NCBI GenBank assembly: GCA_965637545.1 | Contig: OZ281497.1 | Span: 29,884,001-29,948,000 of the forward strand | Direction: 5' to 3' | From: Phallusia mammillata | Taxonomy: Eukaryota | DNA: 64,000 nucleotides | In this document: positions 12,616 to 25,800 of the stretch, piece after piece | How positions within the stretch are numbered: the stretch's first letter is position 1 | How the letters are laid out: every line of letters begins with the position of its first letter | The notes under the pieces: generated by a model | Database searches by the model: none | The model's input: only the letters and a program-made list of their open reading frames with translations | What the model was told of the DNA's origin: nothing | Made by a program: the position numbers and the translations under genes

Positions 12616-15369
12616 ATATATTATATAAACGGTAGTAAACTATAATTATGGGTCCCCTTCCACGAAGAGGACACAAATTGTTTTTGTCCGTATTTTTTTC
12701 TTTTTTCTGTCTAACGCTGGTTTGTGAGACACATTTGGTCAAGAAAGAGTTCTTCAAATTTACAGAGATGTTAGTTAATAATCCAAATTTGATCCTCCTG
12801 AAGTTTAACCCCGAATTACCCAGCGGTTCACCCACAGGTCCCCGAAACGTAAAATTTTTATTGCTGGTTTTATCGCTCGTGTGGTAAAGAAGGAGTGACA
12901 TATGTTAGTTATCAATCTAAACTTGATCCTCTAGAAGTTTTACGAGACGTCGCTTCGGTGATTAGAAATTAGCTGTTTTGCACAGCAATGCTATTTCGTT
13001 TTATTAAGTTATCACTCACATTTTTAGTCTTGGCGAAGGTTTTACACCTATGACGTGATTTAAACCGAAATAACTGCTCGGTTTTGTATATGTCAAGCAA
13101 AACTTTGTTAATCAAAGTAAAGATAAAAAAATGAACTTGACTTTTTTGCAAAATGAATGTTTTTAAATGCTCGTTGTCAGGTTGCCCGCCGCATGATCAA
13201 GGGTTACTTAAGGTCAACTAGTAGGTATTGCAAACACAGTTCAGAACTTTCTTTCGTCATAACGTTGCGTTTTTTGTTGACAATCAATTTAGGAATCAAT
13301 ACTCAAGGCATGCATAAATTAGGCTTGATGGTATTGTTGAACACTCAGGACGGCATGATATTGAAAATGGTATCATAAGGTCAAACAGTCGTTTGGAGTG
13401 TGCACCCTGAGAGGTTACTACAGGTCGACGGTACTCGTTTTGTTATGTATACACTGGTAGCAAATTGCTTTTTAATTCAAAGTGTCTGTAACACAACTGT
13501 TACAGTTTTCTAAAAAAAATGTGTTTAAAACCCGACCTTGGACGACAATATCTCGGTCAAAGCAAGAAATTAGATTGTAGTATTTGTTACGTTTTTTAAT
13601 GTTTTTGTGCATACATGACAATAATGGTGCAAAAAGAATACCAAGATTTTTTTTTTATTGTTGGGTAAATGCTTTCTGTAAATTTGTCCTTAAGAATCTA
13701 AAAATCACCGCAACATTTGTTTACTGTAAATCCGCACAAACGCGCGTGTGGGGACCCATTAGTTTTTGTGTATAAAAACAATCATATGTGTAGATTAAAT
13801 GATGTGTAAAGTAAATTGGTAAATATCGTATAGAATATATAAAATGGAAATATATCAGGACGCCACTGTTACAGTATTTATTTTGTTATTTTCAACAGAT
13901 GAGTGTGATCTTTGCCTAAAAGGTTTTACACAGGGCCATTGTTGTTATTTTTTTTAATTATGTTTTCTAATTCATGTTGATGACTTTTATTTTGATGGTT
14001 TTGATGCAGAACTAGCGTAAGGTTCACTCTGTGCTTGGTTTTCTTTATGCCTTAAACTGGAAAGCGAAAATACTAATATGCATTTCTCAGCTCTACGTGT
14101 TGTGAGTTTGATCGCTGTTGTGCGGATTGTCCATTCACACAAAGTACAATGATATAAACCAGTGTTTCTATATAATAAGGGTCTTATTGCTTAATAAAAT
14201 TCAGTCGCATTCGTATTGAAGTTTGCATCAACGAATTTAACCTAAAAGTCACCACCGAAATCAGTGTTAAGGGCCGGTTGTCGTTGGAAACGAGTTGTCG
14301 CGAAATATTTAACTTGTCATCGTGGTAAGGTAGCGGCTTCGCGGATTAATCATGAATGTCTGGGTAATAAAAGCTTTCGTAAACATTGCCCGCTGATAAC
14401 AAATACAATTCTCTGGTTAGCTTGGTTATTGTGACCAATTCGGCAAAATGTCCCGAAATCTAACCTGTGGACAGAGCATGCTATAATCTTAAAACGCAAA
14501 CCCTATACAGCGCATTTCCTCCTTTAACTTTGCATTGCTAATTTTATCTCTCATGTCTTGGTCTTGTCGTCAAATGGCATGTTTTGGCATCCGACCTTGC
14601 ATTTGTTGTACGCTTTGCAACGAATTTCGCTTGGTCATGCCAATCGTTGTGTTTCCAACTGTCTGTGTCGGACATATACATGGACCTGGGCTTTAAATGT
14701 TTCTTTAATTGCATGACAACATAACTTTGTAGATGTTTGAACGGATTGTACCACATACTCCACGCAGGCAACGTCACAGACAACACCTACAGTGCACGAA
14801 CTTGATAAGACATTTGCAAAACGCTGATTGGATATTCGCATTCAGTCTCCTTTGCATTTAGTTTTGCAATTTGTTTTAGAAACACAAAGTTTTCCTAAAG
14901 TCGTTACGTGATGCTACAACTTTTTACCCTTTAACCTACCTGAAGATAATACGAGTAATATGAATTTGCTGTGCATTGAAATTTGCAGTAACTTGTTTTT
15001 ATGATAAAATGTTAATCCAAAGGTCGGAAGTAAAGTAGTTGCCAGTGCATGTTGTTGGCGCAAGTTGTCACGGAAATGTTTGCCTGGTTATCGTAGAATA
15101 CTAGCAATATTTCTGATTAATCATGGATGTCTTGGTAATAAGAGCTTTTGCAAACATTTTCCGCTGAAAACAAAATATTGAACAAATTAGCTTTAAAGCT
15201 TCATCTTTCAACGTCAGTCTCTTTATGGTACAACAATTTCGTGTTTTTAAACGCAAATATTTCACACCAGCAGTTGTTGTTTGAAACTGGAGGTCGTATT
15301 TGGTCCACATTATTTCCCCACATTTCATACGGACCTAAAATGTTTTACGTTGTTGCATGGTTGAATATT

Positions 15370-15790
15370 AAACAATAATCGTCGATACAATGAAGTCATC
15401 TTGAGTAACGTATGATGATGCTTTGTGGTGGACTTTAAAAGTTCTGATTTGTGGATTCGGTAAACAAAGAAAAAAAAGAATTAAACGCAAGCACGTCACA
15501 ACGCAACGAAAACACCGCGCGTTAACGAATGATTGGGCCTCTAATTTTTTAAGCAGGTGCCTGTAGCACGCTGAAAGCATCACGTCTGTTTTGAAGTTCA
15601 TTGTGTTGCCCCGGGTGAATATTCCATGACTCAAAAAATAGTCTGTTCCTGTAATCAGGCTCCCGGGCCACAACAGACGTCGCATTAAAATCAATACGGT
15701 GGTCCAGTGATACCTCGTGGTTGGAATCGGCCGACTTCTTCGCGTCGCTGTTGGCAACATCCCATTGGTGTTCTTTAAGAGTTTAGAATT
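15370..15790 (-). mobile_element. Penelope-like element 3' fragment
   Basis: KEHQWDVANSDAKKSADSNHEVSLDHRIDFNATSVVAREPDYRNRLFFESWNI, typical of the PLE GIY-YIG C-terminus; related to 54648-55230. Confidence 0.75.
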
Positions 15791-17305
15791 GTAATGACGC
15801 CACAAACACAAATGATAAAAATAATTAAAATCCTCACTTTTACGTTTATGGCTAAGTGATAGATTGTGGGTGTGCACAAAAACGAACTTTTATCGATCCA
15901 CAATAAAAGGTGAAATCAACAAAACCATCTATCCATCACATTGAAGGTGCAATCGACTTTCTTCAGTCTAATGTGTGTTTTTTGCCTGCCAAGCCACCCG
16001 AACGAAATTAAATATATCGCTGGTAAATGCTCATCTGGCTTTAAACATGCCTTAGTTAACGATGTACTAATACAGAAGTCGTCCTGATCCAGATTCTATT
16101 TGAATAAGGACTGACGATGCCATATATTTGGGCGAATGCGATTTTCGAAAGGTTTTGCAATAAGAAGTACACAGACTGATTAAAGTGTGTGCTGAATTTG
16201 TCAGCTCATTAATGCTTTAGTTAGTGATAGCACACATACTAAAACGCAATGATGTCACTTAAATTATATTTTTATATGCAGACCTTATGACTTAAAGACG
16301 TTGAGAACGTTACAGACAATATTTGCTCTGGTGGGACATCTTGCGGCAAACGACTTTAAAGTGAGACACGAGCCGGGAACGAAGCACTCAAAAGCTGAGA
16401 ACCAGAACCAAGTATTTTATACTAGAACATTATAACAACTATAGACAAAAATGTGGACAAACCTATTTGGGATGGTGCTTTCTGATAATTTGTCGTATTG
16501 AATCTAAAATGATTCGAACCATGCTGTTACTATTTTCCACAAATGTTTTCGCAAAAAATTTCCCTAGTAGATCTAATGATAAGCATCGTTAAATAAGATG
16601 TTAAATATAAAATGGAAATTTATAGGAAAGTTACTTTCCAATTTTTTAACTGTTTCTTTCTACATTTTCCAGGCATGATTTTAGTTTAATTAAGTTTAAG
16701 TGTAACAAGAACTTTGGCTTAATTTCAGGACTTTTTGGGACTTCGATTAGAAAGTTATTGTTAAAACCAGACCTCGAGGGACTATTTTAACATTTTGCAT
16801 TTTGATTCGTCGGCACATGTTTGGCTTGCGCATCACAAATAACTGCAATCTTTTTTTTGATTTTGCAGATAAACGTTTTAATCTAGTGTCATTGCCACAA
16901 AATATAACTAGTTAAGTTGATGTACACGTTCCTTTCGTGACTGGAAAACATTTGTACATGATTTCAAAACTTTACTTCATCAGGATATTTTCATAAGGTA
17001 AGCATCTGGCACTATGACCGGTTGCCCCTTATGCCTGAGAAACATCCTATGGTTTTGAGGCGGATCCCACCCTGCTTTGATAACTTGTTGGCTCCCGGAA
17101 AACATTAGTTGACTCACCAGAAAGTTGGCTTTAGAACGTTTACTCACCTTTTCCGTTACCACGCTTTATGTTAAAGCCAAATCTCGACAGTTACGCATCA
17201 GTAAGTTTTCGACGGCTACGCATCTTTACCTGCCGAACCCGTGAGATCGCCCAAGAACTTTTCACCAAACTGAAGACTGTGAGATCTGTTGATTTCGGTC
17301 TACAT

Positions 17306-17471
17306 CAGGGGTCGGCAATCTTATTTGCACTGCGGACCGTTTTTGAAACTCAATTTTTATCGCGGACCGACCTTAAAAAAACTACTCATATTTAGCAATA
17401 AAACCACTTAGCATTTAACGTGAAAATGATACGGACCGGTAACGAACTCCTCGCGGACCGGCGGTTGCCGA
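17306..17471. mobile_element. hAT-Charlie-type MITE; related partial copy at ~32490-32590
   Basis: CAGGGGTCGGCAA ... TTGCCGA (right TIR clipped), with TCTACAT flanking both sides. Confidence 0.7.
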
Positions 17472-19677
17472 TCTACATGACCAAGAGGGCGAAAAGTAAT
17501 TATCAAGAAACACCACCAGGTTTCCGTTGATGACGTGCGAAACTACGTCGTTGGGAGGTACGAAGCGTAGGAACAGCAGGGGCGTCCAAGGTGGCAAACG
17601 GTTCATCGGTCCAAAAATCGGAATGGGGGCTTCTCCTATATGTAAAATAACTGTTTAATGTTTTGTCTTTACAGAATTAGAAAACATGTATTCGGAACCC
17701 GTAATGAGAACTTTTCCGCTCGTGACGAAAACGTTGATGTCAATGCAGCGACTACTTCAACTCCGATTACTGAGGCAACAACAGTTTAGAAAACACAAGG
17801 TGACAGTTTGATTGTACTTAATGCTTGTTTGGATTTCGTACAAGAGACCACTTCGTGCGTGGATTAGAATACTAGCGGGGCGCGATCCCGTACATCGAGA
17901 TAATGAAGATAGCCGTTAAAAAAATGACTGGATTTCAAACAGCCCGATCCCGCTTATGGACAAAGTGGACCGAGATTTTAAGCTATCCACCTCGGACGGA
18001 GATGACACCAATGCACGTGAAACAGATCAAGTAGACCCGCCAGCCAACAACATCTAACATCCTGGGGGCCGGGCCTCGGACCCCTCGCTAAAAAACCAAA
18101 CAAGGTGAAAACACACCAGGTTTAACTGTCGAGCCTCCTTAGACCGACTCGGACTTAATTAAGGAATTAAGGCTGATCACAAAGTCGGTAGATATTAGCA
18201 CGAGTAATAGGGAGGGGGAGGTAGAGGCCTTCCTTAAGAAGGTCCACTCCTCCCAAGAGGCCTTCTTTACCAAGAAGGTCCACTCCTTCCTTATCGTCAT
18301 CAAGCGGTGGCACGAAAAATTGTAATTGTGGCGCAGATTTACATGTGTCGCCTGGTAATGGGGATGCTTTTGCCCAAAATGCGCAAGTTATTTTTAACGT
18401 TATAAAGTATGTGAAGAAATTACGTTACTTAAGGAAGCACATAGCGATTTTTGCTGGTGCTGTGGTAACCTGGTACACCCAGACCCCAAACATAATTTTA
18501 ACAACACGCACTGATGTCATTTCTCTCAGCGCGTTTACTTGTTTATTTTTATCCCATTACGAAAGTAAATAACATCGTCTTTTCCACCCCGTTTCCCTTG
18601 CATGATTTATTTATATAAACCATGCTCATTGGCTAATATTGTCAGCCAATTAGAGCCCTAATGTGAATAATAAGCCCTTAAATCACAGTTATAATGCTTG
18701 ATTGCGCCTAACTTTCGTGATTTGTTCCCCTGACCATGATTGGATAGTCCGGTAAGCAATCGCAGACCGTTTTTGAGTAAAACAACCAACAAACTTAAAC
18801 TTCAACTATTAACCTCGCCAATGTATATAGTCGTGCTTTTTATAAGAACATGGTTACGTTATTTTTTTTTCTTCCTAGTTGTGTCCAGTTTATTATACGA
18901 TCCCGCTTGAGACTTCTAGCCCCCTGATTGGCCGATATTCCACCAATGAGGGACTTTTGTCCTAAGTTTATTTTATCGCCATTTTGTTTCTTTACCACCA
19001 GCTACCGAAACGCGGACTCATGCATATCTTCCGAGCACAAGCGCGCGTCTGCCTTTCTATTTTTCTGGTTCCAATTAGTGGCCCACTTGTGTTTGATTGT
19101 GTATCGTCGTTTCGCCATTGCATTTATTGTTGTGTTTCCGCCATTTCATTTCATTGCGACCTGCTATCAAGACGCGGACTCAAGCATATCCACTTAGCCA
19201 GGAAGCAAAAGCCCATGTGTACCCTTTGATTTTTCTTGGTGTGTATTAGCTTGTGAACCAGTAGTTTACATCGCTTTATTGCCCTAAAATAATAACAGTT
19301 AGTTATCCACAATTGTGTTTTTATTCTTTTTTAAATGTTACACAGCTCCACACGTTTGCATTTTGATGAAGGTTCGTATTGTATTACAACCTCAATGACT
19401 TTATTTATATTTTTGTTCCTCGTGTTTGTAACTTTACTCTCTTTGTGTAGGTGTTTAGGTCAGCATTGTAGTAACCTCGACATTTTAACTTTAACTACAG
19501 GCGTGCTGCGTTTTTACGACTAATGCTGTATTTATCAATTCTTTGGGAAGTTCTCAAGCACCAGCGACACTGACTATTTGTGATAAAAAATAAACTTGTT
19601 ACATAGAACAAATCAAACAAATAGAAGGTGAACGCAAACCTTGTTACAATCACGTAAAAACAACCTAGTTCTTTACA

Positions 19678-19884
19678 ATGGACGATCCGGGTAAGGTTGG
19701 ACCCCAACTTCGCTTGACCCAAGGACCAGATGATGCTGAACCCCAATCAAACACAGTCGAAAGCCAGGGTGACGTTGTACCTCAGCACAGCGCAACGGAA
19801 GAATCCAGGGCTATGATACCCCAACTAAGCTCAGGCCATCCTTTGCCGGTTGGTGTACAGGGCAGGCATTTGGTTTTCAACTTG
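19678..19884 (+). CDS. NLR exon 1 (69 aa, MDDPGK...HLVFNL), low-complexity
   Basis: ATG with in-frame TAG at 19666; strong donor TTG|GTAAGA at 19885; a 55-nt intron to TTTTTGTACAG joins in phase 0. Confidence 0.65.
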
Positions 19885-22800
19885 GTAAGAATTGTACAAA
19901 ATCATACCGTTTACTACTTCAAATCTTCTTTTTGTACAGGAAAGCGAACAAGCACCTCAGATTGGAGACACAAACATTCACACAACTGGATCAGTTTACA
20001 ACGCTCCAGTCTATCAACAACACATCACACAACATGTAACGGTGTATCAGACATACGAACAAGCTCATTGCTCGTCTCAGTTGCCTGCTCCACACCATTT
20101 AGATGAAGAAACTGCACCCAAACTCCCTACTACGGCCCACTCTTCCGAACAAGCTCATTGCTTGTCACAGTTGCCTGCTTCACACCATTTAGATAAAGAA
20201 ACTACACCCAAACTCCCTACTACGGCCCACTCATTCCAACAACCTCACTGCTCGTCTCAGTTACCTGCTCCACATGACTTTGGTGAAGAAAGGCTATCCA
20301 AACTCCCTCCTGCATCTCCCTCAACCAGGCCAAGGCAAACATCTTCTGAACATCAAACTTCCACATCAACGCAACAATACACTCAACCAAAAGTGGCTGC
20401 AACCAATCTTCGTACAACTGGATTTTCTACACTTTTTTCATTCTTACGTAAACTAAGGTGCTGATTTTTTTCTACTAATTGTCGCACTTCAAATTGTTTA
20501 TTTTACCATATTAAATTAGAAGTACAATAAGCACCAAGTGTTATTGTAAACACTAACTTAACTTTATTGTAATGTTTATGTAGGCAAAACCCCAAACGAA
20601 ATCTTAAGACTTTGCTTAAAGAGAGAACAGAAGCCATCGCCGATGAACAACCGTCGCTAGCGGATTTCACTAAACGGAAAATAACTCCTGTCAACCTTGC
20701 CATAGTGGACAAACCACAGAAAATTGATAACGAGTTTCAAGCAGAAGGACATTATCGCAGCAGAAAGGAACTTGCCAAGGTTTACAACATACAACAAAGT
20801 GACATCACTGGTGAAGAAATGTTTGGTCGTGCAAAAGAAACAGCACAACAAGAAGCGGAATGGAAATTCAAAATAAATGAGAAAAAAGCAAAACAAGATT
20901 ATGTTGAAAAACATGGAAGCGTGGTCGGTGTGGTTGGACAAGCTGGAATAGGAAAGACAACTTCAGCCAAAAAGTGGGCCATGCAAGGTTTAAGGGGAAA
21001 GTTGTTCGGTAAGATTTCCTACTTCTTCTACATTGTGATCAGGCATATCGACTTCACAAGGAAAATGACACTTCTTCAGTTTCTTCTCTCATCAATGTCG
21101 ATTGAACCAGATTACACCCCAGAACAAGAAAAAAGCATTATCAACGCTATCTGCAATGATCCAAATGTTGTGATGATTTTCGACGGTTTCGACGAGGCAG
21201 CTTTTCAATCATTTTCGAAACAAGTTCCCCAACCCCGACTGCATTCGAAATACAAGGCGGAAAACTACCTTAAACATTTGGCGGGAGGAAACTTGCTTCC
21301 ACGTGCTCGGAAGATTTTCACGTCACGACCAACTCAGCTATACAAGCTCCATCCTTCATATCGACCCAGGTTCATCGTTCAAATACTTGGATTGACCCAA
21401 ACATCACAAGATGAACTTGGACTTCAGATATGCGGAGATAGATACGGCGATATACAACAAAAGCTAGAGCAAAACCGCAATGTATTTGCATACTGTTATG
21501 TTCCAGTCAATTTTATATTGACACTTGTCTACTTGATGAATTACGATGGAGATATGCAGGTTGTTTCCCTCACTCGAGTCCTTGCTTTTACTTGTGGCCA
21601 ATATACAAGGACAGAACATCTGAAAGGCGAAGATCGTCAGTTGAACACATTGGCAAAATTGGCATATGATGCATTTCTAAAGATGGAGATCGTATTCAAG
21701 GCAATGGCATTCGAGCAAGCAGGCATCAAGGAATCCACAGCCGATGCATTTACAAACACGTCAGTCACAAAGCACGGGAATTTCAAGCTGACGATATTGG
21801 ATGGTGACAAAGTTCGATACTTCTCTCATCTCATTTGGCAAGAATTTTTTGCTGGTTTCTACCTGATGATGATCATGTCCCTTGACGAGTTTGAAAAAAT
21901 CCTCAAACAACTTTCAGACGACAGATGGGAAGTTGTTTCCAAGTTTGTTTTCGGAATTTGCGATTCTTCGGTTTTCAATCAACTCGAGCCACTTGTTCCT
22001 GAAAGTTCCTTTGATATTTGGAAGCAAAAGAAATCTTTGCTTTTGAAATTCATCCAGTTCAAGCCGAAGCTCAGCAATGACGGAGAAATCTTGCAGGTTT
22101 GTAGCTGGGCTCATGAGTCAAATGATCCGGAGATTGCTTCATCCGTGGCCTCCCTACTTCCTGATCAGCTCGACTTTCGTGGTTCATCTCTCCTCCCAGT
22201 TGACTACGAAAGCCTTTTGTTCGTGATTCAACACAGAGCGAAACCGGTAATACTGTGTTATTGTGAAGTGTGCGTTAAACTAGTTGCTGAGAAACAATGT
22301 AAAATTATTCTACAACAAAACACTTTACCTACATGTTTTTATCACGTTAAATTGTAAGCAAACCTATTTGCTGTTTTTTTGTTTTCTAATTTTCAAAATT
22401 AAAGACTTACTTTCAGTCAGACCTGTTCACAATTATGTGGAGATCACAGAACCTAACTCGGTCAGTACCAGCGTGGCACGGTCACAACAAACAGGGTTTA
22501 AACTGTAAACAACCTTAGACCAGGGGCGGTTCGTGCGAGGGGGCTGCTGAGCTGCAGCGCCCCCTAGATATTTTTACTTAATATAATATTAATGATATTC
22601 CTAAATAATATTCCAATATTACGGATAACTGTCAAAAAAAATTTATGTTATCTATGGTGGAGCTGCAGCTCCAGTTTCGTGGCGTTTCATGACTTTTTCA
22701 GTTGTGCGCATGCGCACTTGGAAAACTACATGCCGGGCGAAAGAGGCGAGAGGGGGCTGTGGCTCGCGCAGCACCTCCCGTGACGTAGCGCTAGTTGTGT

Positions 22801-25800
22801 TGTCTGCTTCGCGTCAGTGAACTTCAAAGCCATACCCGTGTACTGTATATTTAAGTTTGACAGTGAGTGCAGTTAAATAATTATTTTGTTATCATTAAAT
22901 TTATTGTTTGACTGTTAGTCATGACTTTGACTGTAAGTTAGATGACTGTAAGTGGGTTTCAGTTTTTACAGTTATCAATGAATTAACTAAGTGTATCTAA
23001 CACCTTGGAAAAAAAAGTCATCTAACACCTTGAAAAGTCACAATTAACCCTTATAATAAATAACTGAAGTAAAAGGTTTTGTGAAAGTATGGGACAAAAC
23101 ATCTGCTATACTCCAATGTCATGCAGGAATGAGCAACAACAAGAAATGCTACTAAAGAAAAAATAAATGTGTGACTGTGAAGTAAAATGTCTCATTGAAA
23201 TTCAGGCAATATTAAATGCAGAAGAAACAATTGCAGAAGCAACAGGAATTTTGAAATACCTGATTGAAGACAATTTATTAACACACCATGTGGACAGTAT
23301 TTGCAACCAAGTGCAATCATGTGTATTGATATAATGGACATGTACTGTTTGTCTAAAGTTTAGACTCTAAACCGTAGCTGCTAAATTGCTTCACAGAAAG
23401 TGTTTCGTAAGAGTGAACATTCTACAGACAAGATAGTAGTGACTCCGCAAGCACATCCTATTGTTGACAGAGAAAATCTAGTTACTCAAATGAGTATGTT
23501 TCTGTAGATCCGATGTTCATGATTACTTTGAAAATAATTAATCTAGAGATGATGTTTTGACAAGTTAAATTACTAGGATGAAAAATCTTTGTTGCTGTTT
23601 CCTTGAGAAAAAGGCGACTCTTTTTGAAACACTGAAAAAGATGCAAACTTTTCTGAGGAACACCATTATTTCCAAAAGACTTGCACTTGCACTGCTAGTA
23701 CTAAATAGAAAAATAGTTTTTTAGTTGTCATTTGGAATTAAGGAAGAAGCTATCAATCATCATGCCCAAACTATACCTTTATGATTTATTTCGGTTGTTA
23801 AAAGGTAGCACAAGATCTAATAATATGGTTTAAATTTAAGTGCGAGTGTTGCAAATTTTAAAGCTTGAAGAAGTTTTGCACTTAAAAAAGAAATTATAAG
23901 CTATGTGTCAGCAAGCAGCAATTATAGCAATTAAGAAAAAAGATAAAAGAAAAAATCTAAAAGACAATTAATAATCTGTACACAAAAATTCAAAGAAAAC
24001 ATGTTTAAATGAACAAGTTCTGAAACAAATGTAATGTGGTTGTTAAATTTGTCAGTTGTGATACCAATAAAAAGCTGTATTGCTAGTTTTTTTGTGTGAC
24101 AATAATCTGTGAAGTGTCATAGAATATGTTGAAAACGCTGACTGTGACTAAATTTACTTATATGAAACACGATATTTTTTTAATGTTGTCTAACTGAAAT
24201 ACTTCGACCTTTTTCGACTCATACTATTTTTTACTACCTTTTATTTCTACATTCCTGTTGTGTTTTACCGTATTTACAACCGCTTCGTTTCGAGTCTGTG
24301 CCACGTGTGTTTTTGTTTTTCACATTTTTACTGAACGTTATTGTGTTTGGCTCGTCGCTGTGCAACCAAACAAAATACACAAAAGATGCCGTCTGCTGTT
24401 CACACTCGTATACATTATTGCGTAACAAAAATTACGTCACAATGGAGTTGCAAATTAAGATTTGTATTGCTCGTTTTTCTGCACAAAACAATGGCTAGAA
24501 AACTAGAAATGTAGGTTTTCGATATATTGCCGACTTACATATGTTCATTAAATGCTAAAATTTGGAGCAGCACCCCCACAAATTTTAGGCACGAGCCGCC
24601 ACTGCCTTAGACAAAATCCAAACCATTAAAATATAGACTAAACAAAATAGACTAAACAAAACTATTTAAAATTCAAGCATAACCTAATGAAGGGAAACTC
24701 CATAAATTGTTTATATTTGATTTAAAATTGTTATATTTAATTTTGCTTCCAAGCCGAAGCTCTGCAGGGAAAAAGACATCCTGCGAGTTTGCAGCTGGGC
24801 TCATGAGTCAAATGATCCGGAGATTGCTTCATCTGTGGCCTCCCTACTTCCCGATGAGCTCGACTTTCGTGATTCATCTCTCCTCCCAGTTGACTACGAG
24901 ACTCTTTCGTTCGTGATTCAACACAGAGCGAAACCGGTAATACTGTGTTTTGTAAAGTGTGTGCTTAATTAGTTGCTGAAAAAAATGTTAAGTATGACAA
25001 AAGCCAATATATCTTTTTGTTTCTATAATGTCGATTTGTAAGCAAACCTATTTGTGACATTTTCAGAAGAATGCACCTTTTATTTTTATATTGTTCCCTC
25101 ACTTTTAAATTTGAAGTAGTTTGTTCAGTCAGCCCTATTTACAATTATGTCGATATCACAGAACCTAACGCGGTCACTACCAGGGTTTTGAAATCAAGGT
25201 TAAATCAAGGCAAAAACTGTGGAACTTTAACGTTTACCAACAGCATATCTGCGAAATAATCATGTTTACAATCATAAAACAGTAAAATTGTTACCGAACT
25301 TTTTTGGTAACCTATAAATTTAGAGAAAGTTGTTTGAGTGGGAGATCTTTAAAGCGACACCTTTCCAACTATCCCGCTTGTATTCTAATAACCGAGGCTA
25401 TCTCCTAATTCGTAACACGGTCCAAGACCATGCACTAACGGCTTATCGCTAAAACCAAATGTGATTCCACTACTGGTCAAAAATAATACATTATATTGCA
25501 TAAAACTTGAAACGTACTGTCCAATCACGTATCGCTAAGTTACACAACGCCACAGCAACACAACAACACAACAGCACCAAAAAAAATAACGCACACTTCA
25601 CCGGGGCCAGCTAGAGAACCGGTCCACACATCACGAGGGAAAAACACGTCACACGCTTCTAGTAAAGTAGTCAATCACGACGCGCCATGCGAAATTACTG
25701 AAGCGGGGATGCGTTCGAATTTTACTGGGGGGGGGGGACAATATACTTAATGCGTCACAAGGTGGCGCGATATACATTACAATAAATATATCCAAGCAAA

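Noticed and set aside
14544-14841. SWIM/MULE zinc finger remnant (LCCHAIK)
   Set aside because: The Cys spacing does not fit and no other transposase motif is nearby.
18600-19200. CCAAT boxes and NF-kB/IRF-like sites upstream of the NLR
   Set aside because: Short partial matches are expected by chance in AT-rich DNA, and no transcription start evidence is available.
22247-22357. C-terminal part of the 581-aa ORF as a protein end
   Set aside because: It follows a donor that is also retained in the duplicate at 24937, and the downstream phase-0 LRR exons continue the protein.
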